A stretch of DNA of 64,000 bases from Squalus acanthias (taxonomy: Eukaryota). Position 1 is the first letter of the stretch. Each line of letters starts with the position of its first letter. Location: assembly GCA_030390025.1 (NCBI GenBank), contig CM059425.1:170440001-170504000 (forward strand). Direction: 5' to 3'. A program made the position numbers and the translations under genes. Positions 22,545 through 35,467 of this stretch are shown here, one piece after another. The notes under the pieces are model-generated. The model worked only from the letters and a program-made list of their open reading frames with translations. It ran no database searches and was not told the DNA's origin.

Positions 22545-25518
22545 GTAGCATAGTGGTTATGTTACTGGACTAGTAATCCAGAGGCCTGGACTAATAATCC
22601 AGAGATGAGAGTTCAAATCAAATGGCAGTTTGTGAATTTGAATTCAGTTAATTAAATAAATCGGGAATAAAAAGCTAGTATCAGTAATGGTGACCATGAT
22701 CATCATAAAAACCCAACTGGGCCAATTACCCGGTCTGGCCTATACACCCACAGCAATGTGGTTGGCTCTTAACTGCTCTCTGAAATGGCCTAGCAAGTCA
22801 CCCAAACTGCTACAAAAAGTACAAGAATAAAACCAGACAAACCAAGTAGCATCAACCTAGGCACCGGATTCGGATATGACAAAGGCACACTCAGCCCAGT
22901 CACCCCTACAAAGACCTCCTCACTAAAATCTGAGGGCTGGTGCCAAAATTGGGAGAGCTGTTCCACAGACTAGTCAAGCTAACATAGGTATGATTCTGTG
23001 AGTATGACTATCAGCCTCCATCCACAGAGGTGACGGCACAGTCGGAAGTGAGTGGCCCTGGGAGTCCTCAACATTGACTATGAAGTCTCATGGCATCAGG
23101 TGGTGATGGACAATTAAACATGGGCAAGGAAGCCTCCTGCTGATTACCCTTCCTCAGCTGATGAATCATTATTCCTCTATGTTGAACACCACTTGGAAGA
23201 AGCACTGGGGGTGGGGGGCTACTTTAATGTCCATCACCAAAAGTGGCTCGGGAGCACCACTCAAGGACATATCGGTCAGACTGGGCTTGCGGTAGGTGGA
23301 GAGACCTACTCTGGTGGGAAAAACCTACTTGACCTCATCCTCACCAATCTACCTGTCCCATCTTCACATTGAAGACGCCCTCCATTGTGTTGTGTGGCAC
23401 TACCACCATGCTAAATGAGATAGATTCAGAATAGATCCAGCAGCTCAAAACTGGACATCCATGAGGCGCTGTGGGCCATCAGCAGCAACAGAATTGTATT
23501 CCACCACAATCTAACCTCATGGCCCGGCATATCCCTCACTCTACCATTACCATCAAGCCAGGCGACCAACCCTGGTTCAATGAGGAGTGCAGAAGAGCAT
23601 GCCAGGAGCAACAGCAGGCGTACTTGAAAATGAGGTGCCAACCTGGTGAAGCTACATGCATGCTAAATAGCAGAAGCAGCATGCTATAGATAAAGCTAAA
23701 CAATCTCACAACCATCATTACAGATCAAAGCTCTGCAGTCCTGCCACATCCAGTCCTGAATGGTGGTAGACAATTAAACAACTAATGGGAGGAGGAGGTT
23801 CCGTGAACATCCCCATCCTCAATGATGGTGGAGCCCAGCACGTGAGTGCAAAAGATAAAGCTGAAGAGTTCGCAACCATCTTCAGCCAGGAGTGAATGAT
23901 CCATGTTGGCCTCCTCCAGAGTTCCCCACCATCACAGATGCCTGTCTTCAGCCAATTTGATTCACTCCATGATATCCAGAAATGGCTGAGTGCACTGGAT
24001 ACAGCAAAGGCTACGGGCCCCAAAAACATCCCAGCTGTAATGCTGTAGAGTTGTGCTCCAGAACTACTGTGCCTCTAGCCAAGCTGTTCCAGTACAGCTA
24101 CAACACTGGCATCTACATGACAAAGTGGAAAATTGCCCAGGTATGTCCGGTCCACAAAAAGCAGGACAAATCCAATCCGGCGGCCAATTACCGCCCCATC
24201 AGCCTACTCTCAATCATCAGCAAAGTGATGGCAGGTATTGTTGACAGTGTTATCAAGCCGCACTTACTCACCAATAACCTGTTCACCGATGGTCAGTTTG
24301 GGTTTCATCAGGACCACTCAGCTCAAGACCTCATTACAGATTACAGCCTTGGTTCAAACATGGATAAAGGAGCAGAGTTCCAGAGGTGAGGTGAAAGTGA
24401 CTGCCCTTGACATCAAGGCAACATTTGACCAAGTGTGGCACCAAGGAGCCCTAGTAAAATTGAAGTCAATGGGAATCAGTGGAAAACTCTCCACTGGCTG
24501 GAGTCATACTTAATGCAAAGGAAGGTGGTTGAGATTGTTGAAGGTGAATCATCACAGCCCCAGGACATCGCTGCAGGCATTCCTCAGGGCAGTGTCCTAG
24601 GCCCAACCATCTTCAGCCGCTTCATCAATGAACTTCTCTCCATCATAAGGTCAGAAGTGGGGATGTTCACTGATGATTGCATTGTTCAGTTCCATTCGCA
24701 ATTCCTCAGATAATGATGCAATCCATGCCCATATTCAGCAAGACCTGGACAACATCCAGGCTTGGACTGACACGTAGCAAGTAACATTTGCGCCACACAA
24801 GTGCCAGGCAATTACCATCCCCAACAAGAGAGAGAGTTTAACCACCTATCCTTGACATTCAATGGCATTACCATCATTGAATCACCCACCATCAACATCC
24901 TGGGGGGTCACCATTGACCATAAACTTAACTGGACCAGCCACATAAATACTATGGATATAAGAGGAGGTCAAAGACTGGGCATTCTGACTCCACAAAGCC
25001 TTTCCACCATCTACAAGGCACAATTTCAGCAATGTCAAGGAATACTCTCCATTTGCTTGGATGAGTACAGCTCCAACAACACTCAAGAAGCTCGCCTCCA
25101 TCTAGGACAAAGCTGCCCGATGATCAGCACCCCATCCACCACCTTAAACTTTCACTCGCTCCACCACCAGTGCAACATGGCTACACTGTGTGCCATCTAC
25201 AAGATGCACTGCAGCAACTCGCCAAGGCTTCTTTGACAAAAACCTCCCAAACCCGCAAACTCTTCCACCTAGAAGGACAAGGGCAGCAAGTGCATGGGAA
25301 CACCACCACCTCCAAGTCACACACCACCCTGACTTGGAAATATATCACCGATCCTTCATTGTTGCTGGGTCAAAATCCTGGAACTCCCTCCTTACAGCAC
25401 TGTGGGAGTACCTTCACCACACGGACTGCAGCGGTTCAAGGCGGCGGCTCACCACCACCTTCTCAAGAGCAATTAGGGATGGGCAATAGATGTTGGCCTT
25501 GCCAGCATCCCGTGAATG
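22545..25518 (+). mobile_element. Decayed non-LTR retrotransposon (CR1/L2-group) with tRNA-like 5' head
   Basis: RT fragments NYRPISLLSIISKVM, ALDIKATFDQVWH, GIPQGSVLGPTIF, MFTDD; 3' tail cagcggttcaag..caccaccttctcaag..agggatgggcaata. Confidence 0.85.
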
Positions 25519-25527
25519 AGAGAGAAC

Positions 25528-25708
25528 GCTGGAAATATCAGCAGGTCAGGCAGCCTCTGAAGAGAGAAACAGAGTTAACATTTCAGGTCGTTGGCCTTTC
25601 GACATTAACTCTGTTTCTCTCTCCACAGATGCTGCCTGACCTACTGAGTATTTCTAGCATTTTCTCTTTCTATTTCAGGTTTCCAGCATCCATAGTATTT
25701 TGCATTTG
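25528..25708. repeat. Palindromic Penelope-terminus-like repeat
   Basis: ctggaaatatcagcaggtcaggcagc..gagagaaacagagttaa inverted against ttaactctgtttctctc..gctgcctgacctactgagtatttctag. Confidence 0.7.
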
Positions 25709-25869
25709 TTATCCTGTTAATCTGGCCTAGCTTGAAACCCATTCACAGTTATCAAAGAACAATGTGCCAACCCATTGTGCCACCGAGTCCACATTATAAG
25801 TATATTGTATACATATGCAAAAACATGCACAGGTATACGCAAATGCACACACACATACAAACAGTGCTA

Positions 25870-28800
25870 CATAAGAACATGAGATAAGAACATAAGAAAT
25901 AGGAGCAGGAGTAGGCCATTTAGCCCTTCGAGCCTGCTCCGCCATTCAATAAGATCATGGCTGATCTTCTACCTCATCTCCACTTTCTTGCACTATCCCC
26001 ATATCCCTTGATTCCCTTAATACCCAAAAATCTATCGATCTCTGTCTTGAATATAACGACTGAGCCTCCACAGCCCTCTGGGGTAGAGAATTCCAAAGAT
26101 TCACCATCCTCTGAGTGAAGAAATTTCTCCTCATCTCAGTCCTAAATGGCCGACCCCTTATTCTGAGACTGTGACCCCTGCTTCTAGACTCCCCAGCCAG
26201 GGGAAACATCCTCCCTGCATCTACCAAATCAAGCCCTGTAAGAATTTTGTATGTTTCAATGAGATCACCTTTCATTCTTCTAAATGCGAGAGAATATAGG
26301 CCTAGTCTACTCAATCTCTCCTCATAGGACAATCCCCCCCATCCTAGGAATCAGTCTGGTGAACCTTCGTTGCACTCCCTCTATGGCAAGTATATCATTC
26401 CTTAGGTAAGGAGACCAAAACTGTACATAATACTCCAGGTGTGGTCTCACCAGGGCCCTATATAATTGCAGTAAGACTTCTTTACTCTTATACTCAAATC
26501 CTCTTGTAATAATGGCCAACATACCATTTGCTTTCCTAATTGCTTGCTGTACCTGCATGTTAACTTTCAGTGATTCGTGTACAAGGACACCCAGGTCCCT
26601 CTGAACACCAACATTTCCCAATCTCTCACCATTTAAAAAATACTATGCTTTTCTATTTTTCCTACCAAAGTGGCTAACTTCACATTTCTCCACATTATAT
26701 TCCATTTGCCATGTTCTTGCCCACTCACTGAGCCTGTCTATATCCCCTTGAAGCCTCTTTGCATTCTCCTCACAACACATTCCTACCCAACTTTGTATCA
26801 TCAGCAAACTTGGATATATTACATTTGGTCACCTCATCCAAATCATTGATATAGATTGTGAATAGCTGAGGCCCAAACACTGATCCTTGCTGTACTCCAT
26901 TAGTTACAGCCTGCCAACCCGAAAATGACCCATTTATTCCTACTCTCTGTTTTCTCTCCATTAACCAATCCTCAATCCATGCTAGTATATTACACCCAAT
27001 CCCATGAGCCCTAATTTTGTTTAATAACCTCGTGTGGCACCTTATCAAATGCCTTCTGAAAATCCAAATATACCACATTCACTGGTTCCGCCTTATCTAT
27101 TCTGCTAGTTACAAACTCAAAAAACGATTTCCCTTTCATAAACCCATGTTGACTCTGCCCAATCCTATTATTATTTTCTAAGTGCCCTGTTACCACGTCC
27201 TTAATAATAGATTCTAGCATTTTCCCTACTACTGATGTCAGGCTAACTGGTCTGTAGTTCCCCGTTTTCTCTCTCCCTCCTTTCTTAAATAGAGGGGTTA
27301 CATTTGCTACCTTCCAATCCACAGGAACCGTTCTAGAATCTATGGAATTTTGGAAAATGACAACCAATGCATCCACTATCTCTATAGCCACCTCTTTCAA
27401 AACCCTAGGATGTAGGCCATCAGGTCCAGGGGGTTTATCGGCTTTCAGTCCAATTAATTTCTCCAGTAGTATTTTTTTTTACTAATACTAATTTCTTTCA
27501 GTTCCTCATTCTCGCTAGACCCTTGGTTCTCCACTATGTCCGGGAAGTTTTTTGCGACTTCTTCCGTGAAGACAGACACAAAGGGGGAAAAATTCAGTTG
27601 GTTGCGCCTCCCATTAGCGCCTTAAGAGGGTGCTAATGGGGCGCAAAGCATCTAGCGCCCAGGCGCGGCGAAGTTTGCGCCGCTCGCGAAATTAACTAGA
27701 CATTTTGTGGCGGCGCTAAACACTACCGCCACGATCTCCTGCGCCGGCAGATCATGACGTCACTTGAGTGCGCAACGCCCCGGTATCGCCCCGGAGCGGA
27801 TATTGAGTGGCGCCCCTTGCCTTACCGCCTGACGCTAGCAACGACAGGTTGAGGGGAGCGTTCTGCAGTCATGAAGGGAAAGGGGGAGCGCTATTTAAAG
27901 GTGACCACTTCCTGCCTTTTATTGTTGGTGCCATTTTTGAACTACGCATTCTGAGAGAGAGAGGGAGAGACTTCTGGAGAGATTCAACGTTGTGTGAAGG
28001 AGTTTTGGGTACTGAGCAGCACTTTGCAGGTTCATTTTGATTTGCCATTCCTTGAATCGATTTAGCAGAGACTGTGGGGGCTGCACTCTGAGCTCTTTGC
28101 CTGGTACTCTCCATTGTTCTTTCCAGCACATTTGATGTGCAGGTCTCTCCAGGCCGAGATTCAAGGCTGCAATGAGCAGGATGTGGATGGAAAGCAAGAT
28201 TAACCATCCCCTTTAAGAACTGGCCCGTGCCATTGTGTGTGTGTTCCATTGCTGACTGACATTACATGAGCTTCGCCAGCTCTCTGAGGTAGCGCCTCGC
28301 TCCTCGGCCTTTGCGCCTTAAGACAGGTGTGAAGCGCCTGATATAGCGCTGCAATCACCTCCAGGGGCGATAAAAGTCAAGTTTGCAGTCGGTGGCGATA
28401 ATTAGCACCAGGCGCTAATCTTTGCGCCCGGCCGATAATTGCGCCCCAAATGGGGCGATACTGAATTTCTCCCCCAAAGTTTTTATTTAATTTCGCTGCC
28501 ATTTCCTTATTCCCCATTATAATTTCTCCTGTCTCAGCCTGTAAGGGACCCACATTTACTTTCGCTAATCTTTTCCTTTTTACATACCTATAGAAGCTTT
28601 TACAGTCTGTTTTTATGTCTCTCACTAGTTTACTCTCGTTCTATTTTTCCTTTCTTTATCAATTTCTTGGTCCTCCTTTGCTGAATTCTAAAATCCTCCC
28701 AATCCTCAGGCTTACTACTCTTTTTGGCAACATTATAAGCCTCTTCCTTTGATATAATACTATCTTTAACTTTTCTTGTTAGCCACGGTTGGACAACTTT

Positions 28801-30990
28801 TCCTGTGGGGTTTTTGTGCCTTAAAGGAATGGATATCTGTTGTAAATTATGTATTAATTCTTTAAATGCTAGCCATTGCTTGTTTACTGTCATACCGTTA
28901 AATGTAGTTTCCCAATCTACCTTAGCCAACTCGCCCCTCATACCAACATAGTTTGATTTGTTTAGATTTAAGAGCCTAGTTTTGGATTTAACTAAATCAC
29001 TTTCAAACTCAATATAAAATTCTATCATATTATGGTCACTCTTCCATAAAGGCCCCTTCACTACAAGGTTATTAATTAATCCTTTCTCATTGCACAATAC
29101 TAGATCTAAAATAGCCTGTTCCCTAGTTGGTTCCTCAACATACTGATCTAGAAAACTATCTTGCATACATTCCATGAATTCGTCCTCCACACTATTACTG
29201 CAAATTTGGTTTGCCCAGTCTATATGTAGAATAAAGTCCCCCTTGATTACTGTATTACCCTTGTTACATGTGCCTCTAATTTCCCAATTTATACTCTGCC
29301 CTACATTACAACTAGTGTTTGGGGGCCTATAAACAACTCCCACCAATGTTTTCTGCCCCTTGCTGTTTCTTAGCTCCACCCAAACTGATTCTACTTCTTG
29401 ATATTTGGAGCTAAGATCCTTTCTCTCTACTGTCTTTACCCCATCCTTTATTATCAGGGTTACCCCTCCTCCTTTTCCATTTTGCCTATCTCTTCTAAAA
29501 GTTAACTATCCTGGAATATTTAGTTCCCAACCTAATTGCAACCACGTCTCCATTATGGCTATTAGATCAAACCTGTTAATTTCTATCTGCGCATCTGTTT
29601 TGTTGCAAATGCTTCGCGCATTCAGATAGTGTCTTTAGCTTTGACTTATTTCTATTTATCCCTGATGTCACTTTAGTCACGGATACCCTATTACCTTTGT
29701 TACTCAATCCCTCCTGACCCACTCTGCTTATTGTTACCCAAAACTCTGCTCTGTTCTAGAGCTTTGACAGTTTTCTCGCTGCTTTTAAATTTACTCTTTC
29801 CTGAATCATCCCACCTCACCTGCTTCATTAGTTTAAAACCCTGTCTACTGCCCTAGTTATTCGGTTTGCCAGGACAATGGTCCCAGCCCGTCCCAACGGA
29901 ACAGCTCCCTCTTTCCCCAGTACTGGTGCCAGTGCCCCATGAACCAAAACCCCTTCCTCCCACACCACTCTGAGCCACGCATTTAAACCTTTAATCTGTT
30001 TGTCCCTATACCAATTTACGCGTGGCTCAGGTAACAATCCAGAGATTATTACCTATGAGGTTCTGCTTTTTAATTTGGATCCTAGCTCCTCAAACTCCCT
30101 CAGCAGAACCTCATTCCTAGTTCTACCTATGTCGTTGGTTCCTACGTGGACCACGACAACTGGATCCTTCCCCCCCCCCACCCCCACTCCAAGCTTCTCC
30201 AGCCACGAGGAGATGTCCTTAACCCTGGCACCAGGCAGGCAACACAACCTTCGGAACTCTCGGTCGCGGCTGCAGTGAACAGTATCTATCCCCCTGACTA
30301 TACTGTCCCCTACCACAACTACATTCCCTTTCACTCCCCTCACTTGAATGGCCTCCTACACCATGGTGCCATGGTCAGCTTGCTCATCCATCCTGCTGGC
30401 TTTTCCCTCATCCACAGAGGCAGCAAGAACCTCATACCTGCTGGACAAAGGCAAAGGCTGAGGCTCCTCCAGCACTGTACCTGGGGTCCCCTTACCTGCC
30501 TGAGTCGCAGTCACACCCTCCTGTCCCTGACCACTAACCAGACCTGTACCACTACCTAACCTGAGGGGTGTGATTGCATCCTGGATCAAAGTGTCCAGGT
30601 AACTCTCCCCATCCCTGATGCCCGCAATGTGTGCACCTCAGACTCCAGCTCAAAAACTCTGCCTGCATCTTTTCAGCTCACTTACTGCAAACGTGGTTGT
30701 CTGAGATCACAATGCTCTCCACAAACTCCCACATGTTGCAGTTGCAGCACACCACCTGCACTGTAATCCCTAGTTTTTTTTATTTGATTAAATTAAATTA
30801 AATTTGTAATTAGGTAACTTAGTTTACAGTGTAGTTTCTTGACCACTTACTTGATCTAGATTAAGTTATGGGTACTGAAATTAAATATCTACCTGTAACA
30901 CAAAGCACTACAAGTAGTGTAGGCAGAAAGCAGCAACTCCTTCCCCCTCTTCTCCGAATTCCCACTCTTTCCAAATTCCCAATAAAACAC
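25870..30990 (-). mobile_element. Near full-length CR1 LINE (ORF1 with SGNH-esterase domain, ORF2 EN+RT), decayed, interrupted by a Harbinger derivative
   Basis: VVVGDSIVRG..LCCLPGARVKDI..VVVHVGTNDIG (esterase); GVVYRPPN; NYRPVSLTSVVGK; KFADDTKL; cataagaa tail. Confidence 0.93.
27583..28475 (+). mobile_element. Internal-deletion derivative of the Harbinger family (both ORFs deleted)
   Basis: TIR GGGGGA(A/G)AAATTCAGT, AAA TSD. Left arm matches H3 up to the transposase start; right arm matches H3 from the Myb start region. Confidence 0.93.
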
Positions 30991-31459
30991 TATTTAAGTA
31001 CACTCCATTTTAATCCTGCTCTGTGCAACTATTGTGCTAAAAGATAAATGAATCTCAAGTCATTCTAACTTTCTGTTCCAACAAAAAACTACAATAAACA
31101 GATATTTCAAGCAGCATGACCCAACCATTTTAATTTTATATAACTTGCAGTAGTATTTTTGTAAGAATGAGCTCCAGAGCAAATTGTGAAAAATGGAGTT
31201 TTGTTTACAAAATATCAGCTGCACATAGTGCCATGATCAATCAAACCAGAAACTGAAATACGAGTATGGTTCATTAATTTCAAGTTTCAAATAGCATTAA
31301 AATTGCATCAGTTTTTGAAGTATTTGGTTAGGAGCTCATTATCTTATGAAATCTTCCCAAAAGAAAATCAGGAAACAAAAGTTGTGCAGATTTAACGGTA
31401 AAAAATCAAATGAGTGAGATAGTGGGGAACAGTGCACAGCAGGATAGCCACTCACTCAC

Positions 31460-31566
31460 CTTGTGCATGTTTATTTGAGCCAGAAATTCCAGGTTTGGGT
31501 ATAATTAGATAGGAAAGGTGAGCTCCCGCCCACTCAAGGCACAAGCAAGGAAACGCATAGTTGCAG
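31460..31566 (-). other. Candidate exon of an unidentified minus-strand transcript
   Basis: Pyrimidine-rich ..tAG acceptor and AAG|GTGAGT donor; one open frame CNYAFPCLCLEWAGAHLSYLIIPKPGISGSNKHAQ. Confidence 0.3.
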
Positions 31567-32550
31567 CTATGTTAAACAATGAGAAATCACAAGGTTGTGA
31601 ATACCATGCACAAATGTCCTTTAACGACGCTGACACTCTTAACAAAGACACATTTTTAAAAATCCACAGTTTTTAAAACACACGTCCGTGATTTCATTGA
31701 CAAATTGCTAATTAAGGAGGAAAAAGTTGGTATTCTTCCATTTTTGGTTAAAGGAGAAATTTCATTCTCACAAGCTATTTCCATTTTAGCTAGACGGAGA
31801 AAGAAAGAAAATAATAATTCCCATTATGCCATGAGATAGCAGGAAGATGTGTGAATCAATAAATGTACAAAAACGCCAGGACAACCTTAGGAGACCCAGC
31901 ATAATATCTTTCATACTACAGTCAACTTTCTCTTCTCCAGAAGCATGTGCTTCATGCAGTGCCAGAGACATGATGAGAAATGGATGCTTTATACAGCCAC
32001 AAACTTTAAACTGGGTTGCATCTGCTTTTCACAGGATACCACAGACAGAAGTTTCTTATTTAGAACTATAGAAATGTATTGATAGATACTCCAGGGGACC
32101 AATTTTCAGGGCCTAAAATTACGTGAACTTATTATACGTAATTGAAACCATCTATGACTATCAGCAGTATCCGCTACGCTGCAGTTAGGAAAACTCTTTT
32201 GAGGTTAGTCATCTCATGCTGACACTGTTCTATTAGAGCTCCCTGAAAACAATTTCAGAATCGAATCTTGTAGATTGCATTTCCCTTGAATTCCTTTTAT
32301 TAGGCTGTTTAAATGTTGGGTAAGACAGTACTATTCATCATTTGCTAAGCGTATTAAAGTATGTAATTAAGTAAAGCTTTCCCATGCTGACTTATACTTA
32401 ATGAATGCCACCAGAAGGCAGCTGGAGACTCCAAGCTGAGAGTCACTCTCTAACTGTCTTCAGAATCTGCATGCTGCTCCATAACCTCTTGTTGTTTCGA
32501 AGCTCTGCCAGTGATGCAATTATAATTTCAGTGTGGGTTATTCAACTTAC

Positions 32551-32596
32551 CTTGTAATATAAAATGCTTCTAATGTTCGCTCATTGAACTTCTGAC
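32551..32596 (-). other. Candidate 46-bp exon of an unidentified minus-strand transcript
   Basis: ctctctgtctctctttttggttAG acceptor and AAG|GTAAGT donor; open frame QKFNERTLEAFYIT. Confidence 0.35.
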
Positions 32597-34869
32597 CTAA
32601 CCAAAAAGAGAGACAGAGAGGGCCATAATAACTTCTCCAGTGATGCCATCCCACTGAGCTAATGGTCCTGGTAAAGCTACCTACTGTTTTTATTGATGAA
32701 GAGCTGAGAAAGGGGGAAAAAAATTAAAGTAAAGCGCTGAAGAGATCATGGAGCATGGAATTGCAAACTTAAATAAACTAAAAACCATGCAGCTGAAATG
32801 AAAAGTACCACAAGGAGCCAAAGAAAAACTGTCAAAATCGAGAGTAAAATGATATGGTTTGGTAGGTGCAGATCAGAAAGGAGATGACTAATATGCTTTA
32901 TACTACAAGTACTTGTGTAGCATTCATGAAAAAAAGTGACCTTTTGCACCTTGGAATAATTTTAAAAATATTCTATGGCTGGTGAGCAATTAACATTACG
33001 ACTGAATTTCCCTACCCTAGCAGTTGTTTGGATGTCATACTGATACTCCCCTAGTAGAGGTTTAGGTGAAACAATTTGAACTGCTGCAGCCTCAAGAGAT
33101 AATCGTTTTATTTTATAATCAGACTCATAGATAAGGAGGGCAATTTTCAGGTGGGTGCACGTTGGGCGAGTGGTGGGCAGAACGTCGTGCCATCACACCC
33201 CACCCCAAACGATGGCATCAGAGAGACTCACAGGCATCACGCTGATCCGGGGGTGGGGGTGGGGGGGTTGAATCCAGCGGCTCTTCCACAAAGCTTAAAG
33301 GGGAGGGGAGACAATCAAGAAGGTGGGGTGCACGGAGGGACTGGCAGCAGGCAGGAAGATCAGCAGTTTTCTTTCTCACATCTTCGGAGTGGCTTGCAGT
33401 GGTCCCTTTAAGGACTGTTGGTTTGGTCGCTCAACACTGTTGGATTCCAAAACTGCATTGGGGTCCTAGAAGTGGCTTAGGGTGGGAGCATGGCCACGCA
33501 CTTCAAGGCCCACTCAAAAATCGAGTCAGGTGGGCCTCAGATGAGCAGTGAGCTATAGTTGTTTTAAAAAAATACCAACTTGAACTTAAATCACCTCCAA
33601 TGGAAAGTCTTATGACCAGTACTTTAAAAGTGTTAGCTTCTAGCCCAAAAGATCAGGGGGGAAAAATTCAGTTGATTAGCACCTCCCGTTTGTGCCCTAA
33701 GAGGGCGCTAATGGGGCGCAAAGCAACTAGCGCCCGGGCACAGCGATGTTTGCGCCGCTCGCGAAATTGACCAGAGTTTTTGCGGCAGTGCTAAACACTA
33801 CCACCACGATCTCCTGCGCCCGCAGATCGTGACGTCGGTCGAGCATGCAACGCCCCGGTAGCGCCCCGGACCGGATATTGAGTGGTGCCCCCTTCCTTTC
33901 CGCCTGCCACTAGCAACGTCAGGTAGAGGGGAACGTTTTGCAGTCGGGAAGAGGCTGCGGTAGCGCTATTTAAAGGCGGCCTCTTCCTGCTTTTTTTTGT
34001 CAGAGACATTTTTGCACCATGCATTCTGAGAGAGAGAGAGATTCTGAGAGAGAGAGAGAGAGAGAGAGACTTCTGGAGAGATTCAACGCTGTGTGAAGGA
34101 GTTTTGGGTACTGAGCAGCACTTTGCAGGTTCTTTTTAATTTGACCTTCATTGCATCGATTTAGAAGAGACTCTGGGGGCTGCACTGATTCGGGGCGTCG
34201 TCCTGCACCTGCAGAATCGGAGGCATCAGAGACACAGAGAGAGAGTGGCAAACATGGCCAGAGGGAGGAGGGCCAACAGGCCTGTGCACAGGAGACCTTA
34301 CCCTCCCAGGGTATTCCGGGAGCAATTCTCCTACATTCATTTGTCTGAGGCGCAGTGTTTGCGCAGGCTGTGCTTCAGCAAGGAGGTGGTCACTGAGCTC
34401 TGCCACCTGCTGCAGCCAGATCTGCAGCCTCAACTGAGGACCAGGACGTCTCTGTCGGTGGCAGTGAAGGTCACAGTGGCTCTGAATTTTTATGCCACTG
34501 GCTCCTTTCAAGCAGCTACTGGGGACATCGCCAATATCTCCCAGTTCGCTGTCCATTGCTGTATCCGGGAGGTGACAAATGCCCTCTATAAAAGGAGACG
34601 CCATTACATCTCTTTCCCGATGACCCAGGCCAAACAGCATGAACGCGGATTGGGCTTTGCGAGGATAGCGGGCTTCTCCATGGTGCAGAGTGCCATTGAC
34701 TGCATGCATGTGGCATTGCGGGCACCGCATGAAAATGCAGAGGTTTTCCAAAACCACAAGTGGTTCCACTCCTTAAATGTCCAGTTGGTCTATGACCACA
34801 GACAGCTGATACTCGCCGTCATTGCCCGCTATCCTGACAGCAGCCATGATGCTTTCATCCTGCGCTAGA

Positions 34870-35008
34870 ATGGTGTTGATGCGGAGATGCCGGTGTTGGA
34901 CTGGGGTGGACAAAATTGAGAGGTCGCACAACACCAGGTTATAGTCCAACAGTTTTATTTGAAATCACAAGCTTTCGGAGCTATCGCTCCTTCCTCAGGT
35001 GAAGTAAA
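34870..35008 (-). mobile_element. Penelope-like element terminal-repeat fragment
   Basis: Insert absent from H1; carries a hammerhead motif followed by AATAAA on the minus strand, an arrangement typical of PLE pseudo-LTRs. Confidence 0.7.
34965..35002 (-). ncRNA. Minimal type I hammerhead ribozyme motif
   Basis: Minus strand UCAC-CUGAGGA-A-GGAGC(GAUA)GCUCC-GAAA-GC-UU-GUGA: stem I, CUGANGA core, stem II, GAAA, palindromic AGCU, UH. Confidence 0.7.
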
Positions 35009-35467
35009 ATGTGCCAGACCTTTTCCAGGCATCGCATCAGCCAAGTGGTTGGCTCCTCAGGGACAAGGGTTATCCACTCTGCACCTGGCTGATGACACCG
35101 CTCCGTAACCCCAACACCCCTGCTGAGCTGCGGTACAATGAGAGCCATCTCGCCACCAGGAACATCATTGAGCAGACGATCGGCGTGCTCAAGCAACGGT
35201 TCCGCTGTCTGGACCACTCAGGAGGAGCCCTGCAGTACTCTCCTGAGCGAGTCTCCCTCTTCATAGTTGTATACTGCATGCTTCACAACCTGGCAATCCT
35301 GAGGACCCAGCCAATGCCACCAGGGATTGGTGCACCACCGGAGGAGGAGGAGGAGGAGGAAGGAGGATGAGGAGGATGATCAGCCTCAGCACCAAGGCGG
35401 GAGGGAGGCCCACAATGTTGCCACTGCAAGGGCTGTCCGTCAACGGCTGATAACAAGCCGCTTCTAT

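Larger units (their letters stand above)
34173..35467 (+). pseudogene. Harbinger transposase pseudogene
   Basis: Close match to the H1 protein; start codon lost, TAG at 34866-34868, insertion at ~34870-35008. Confidence 0.9.
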
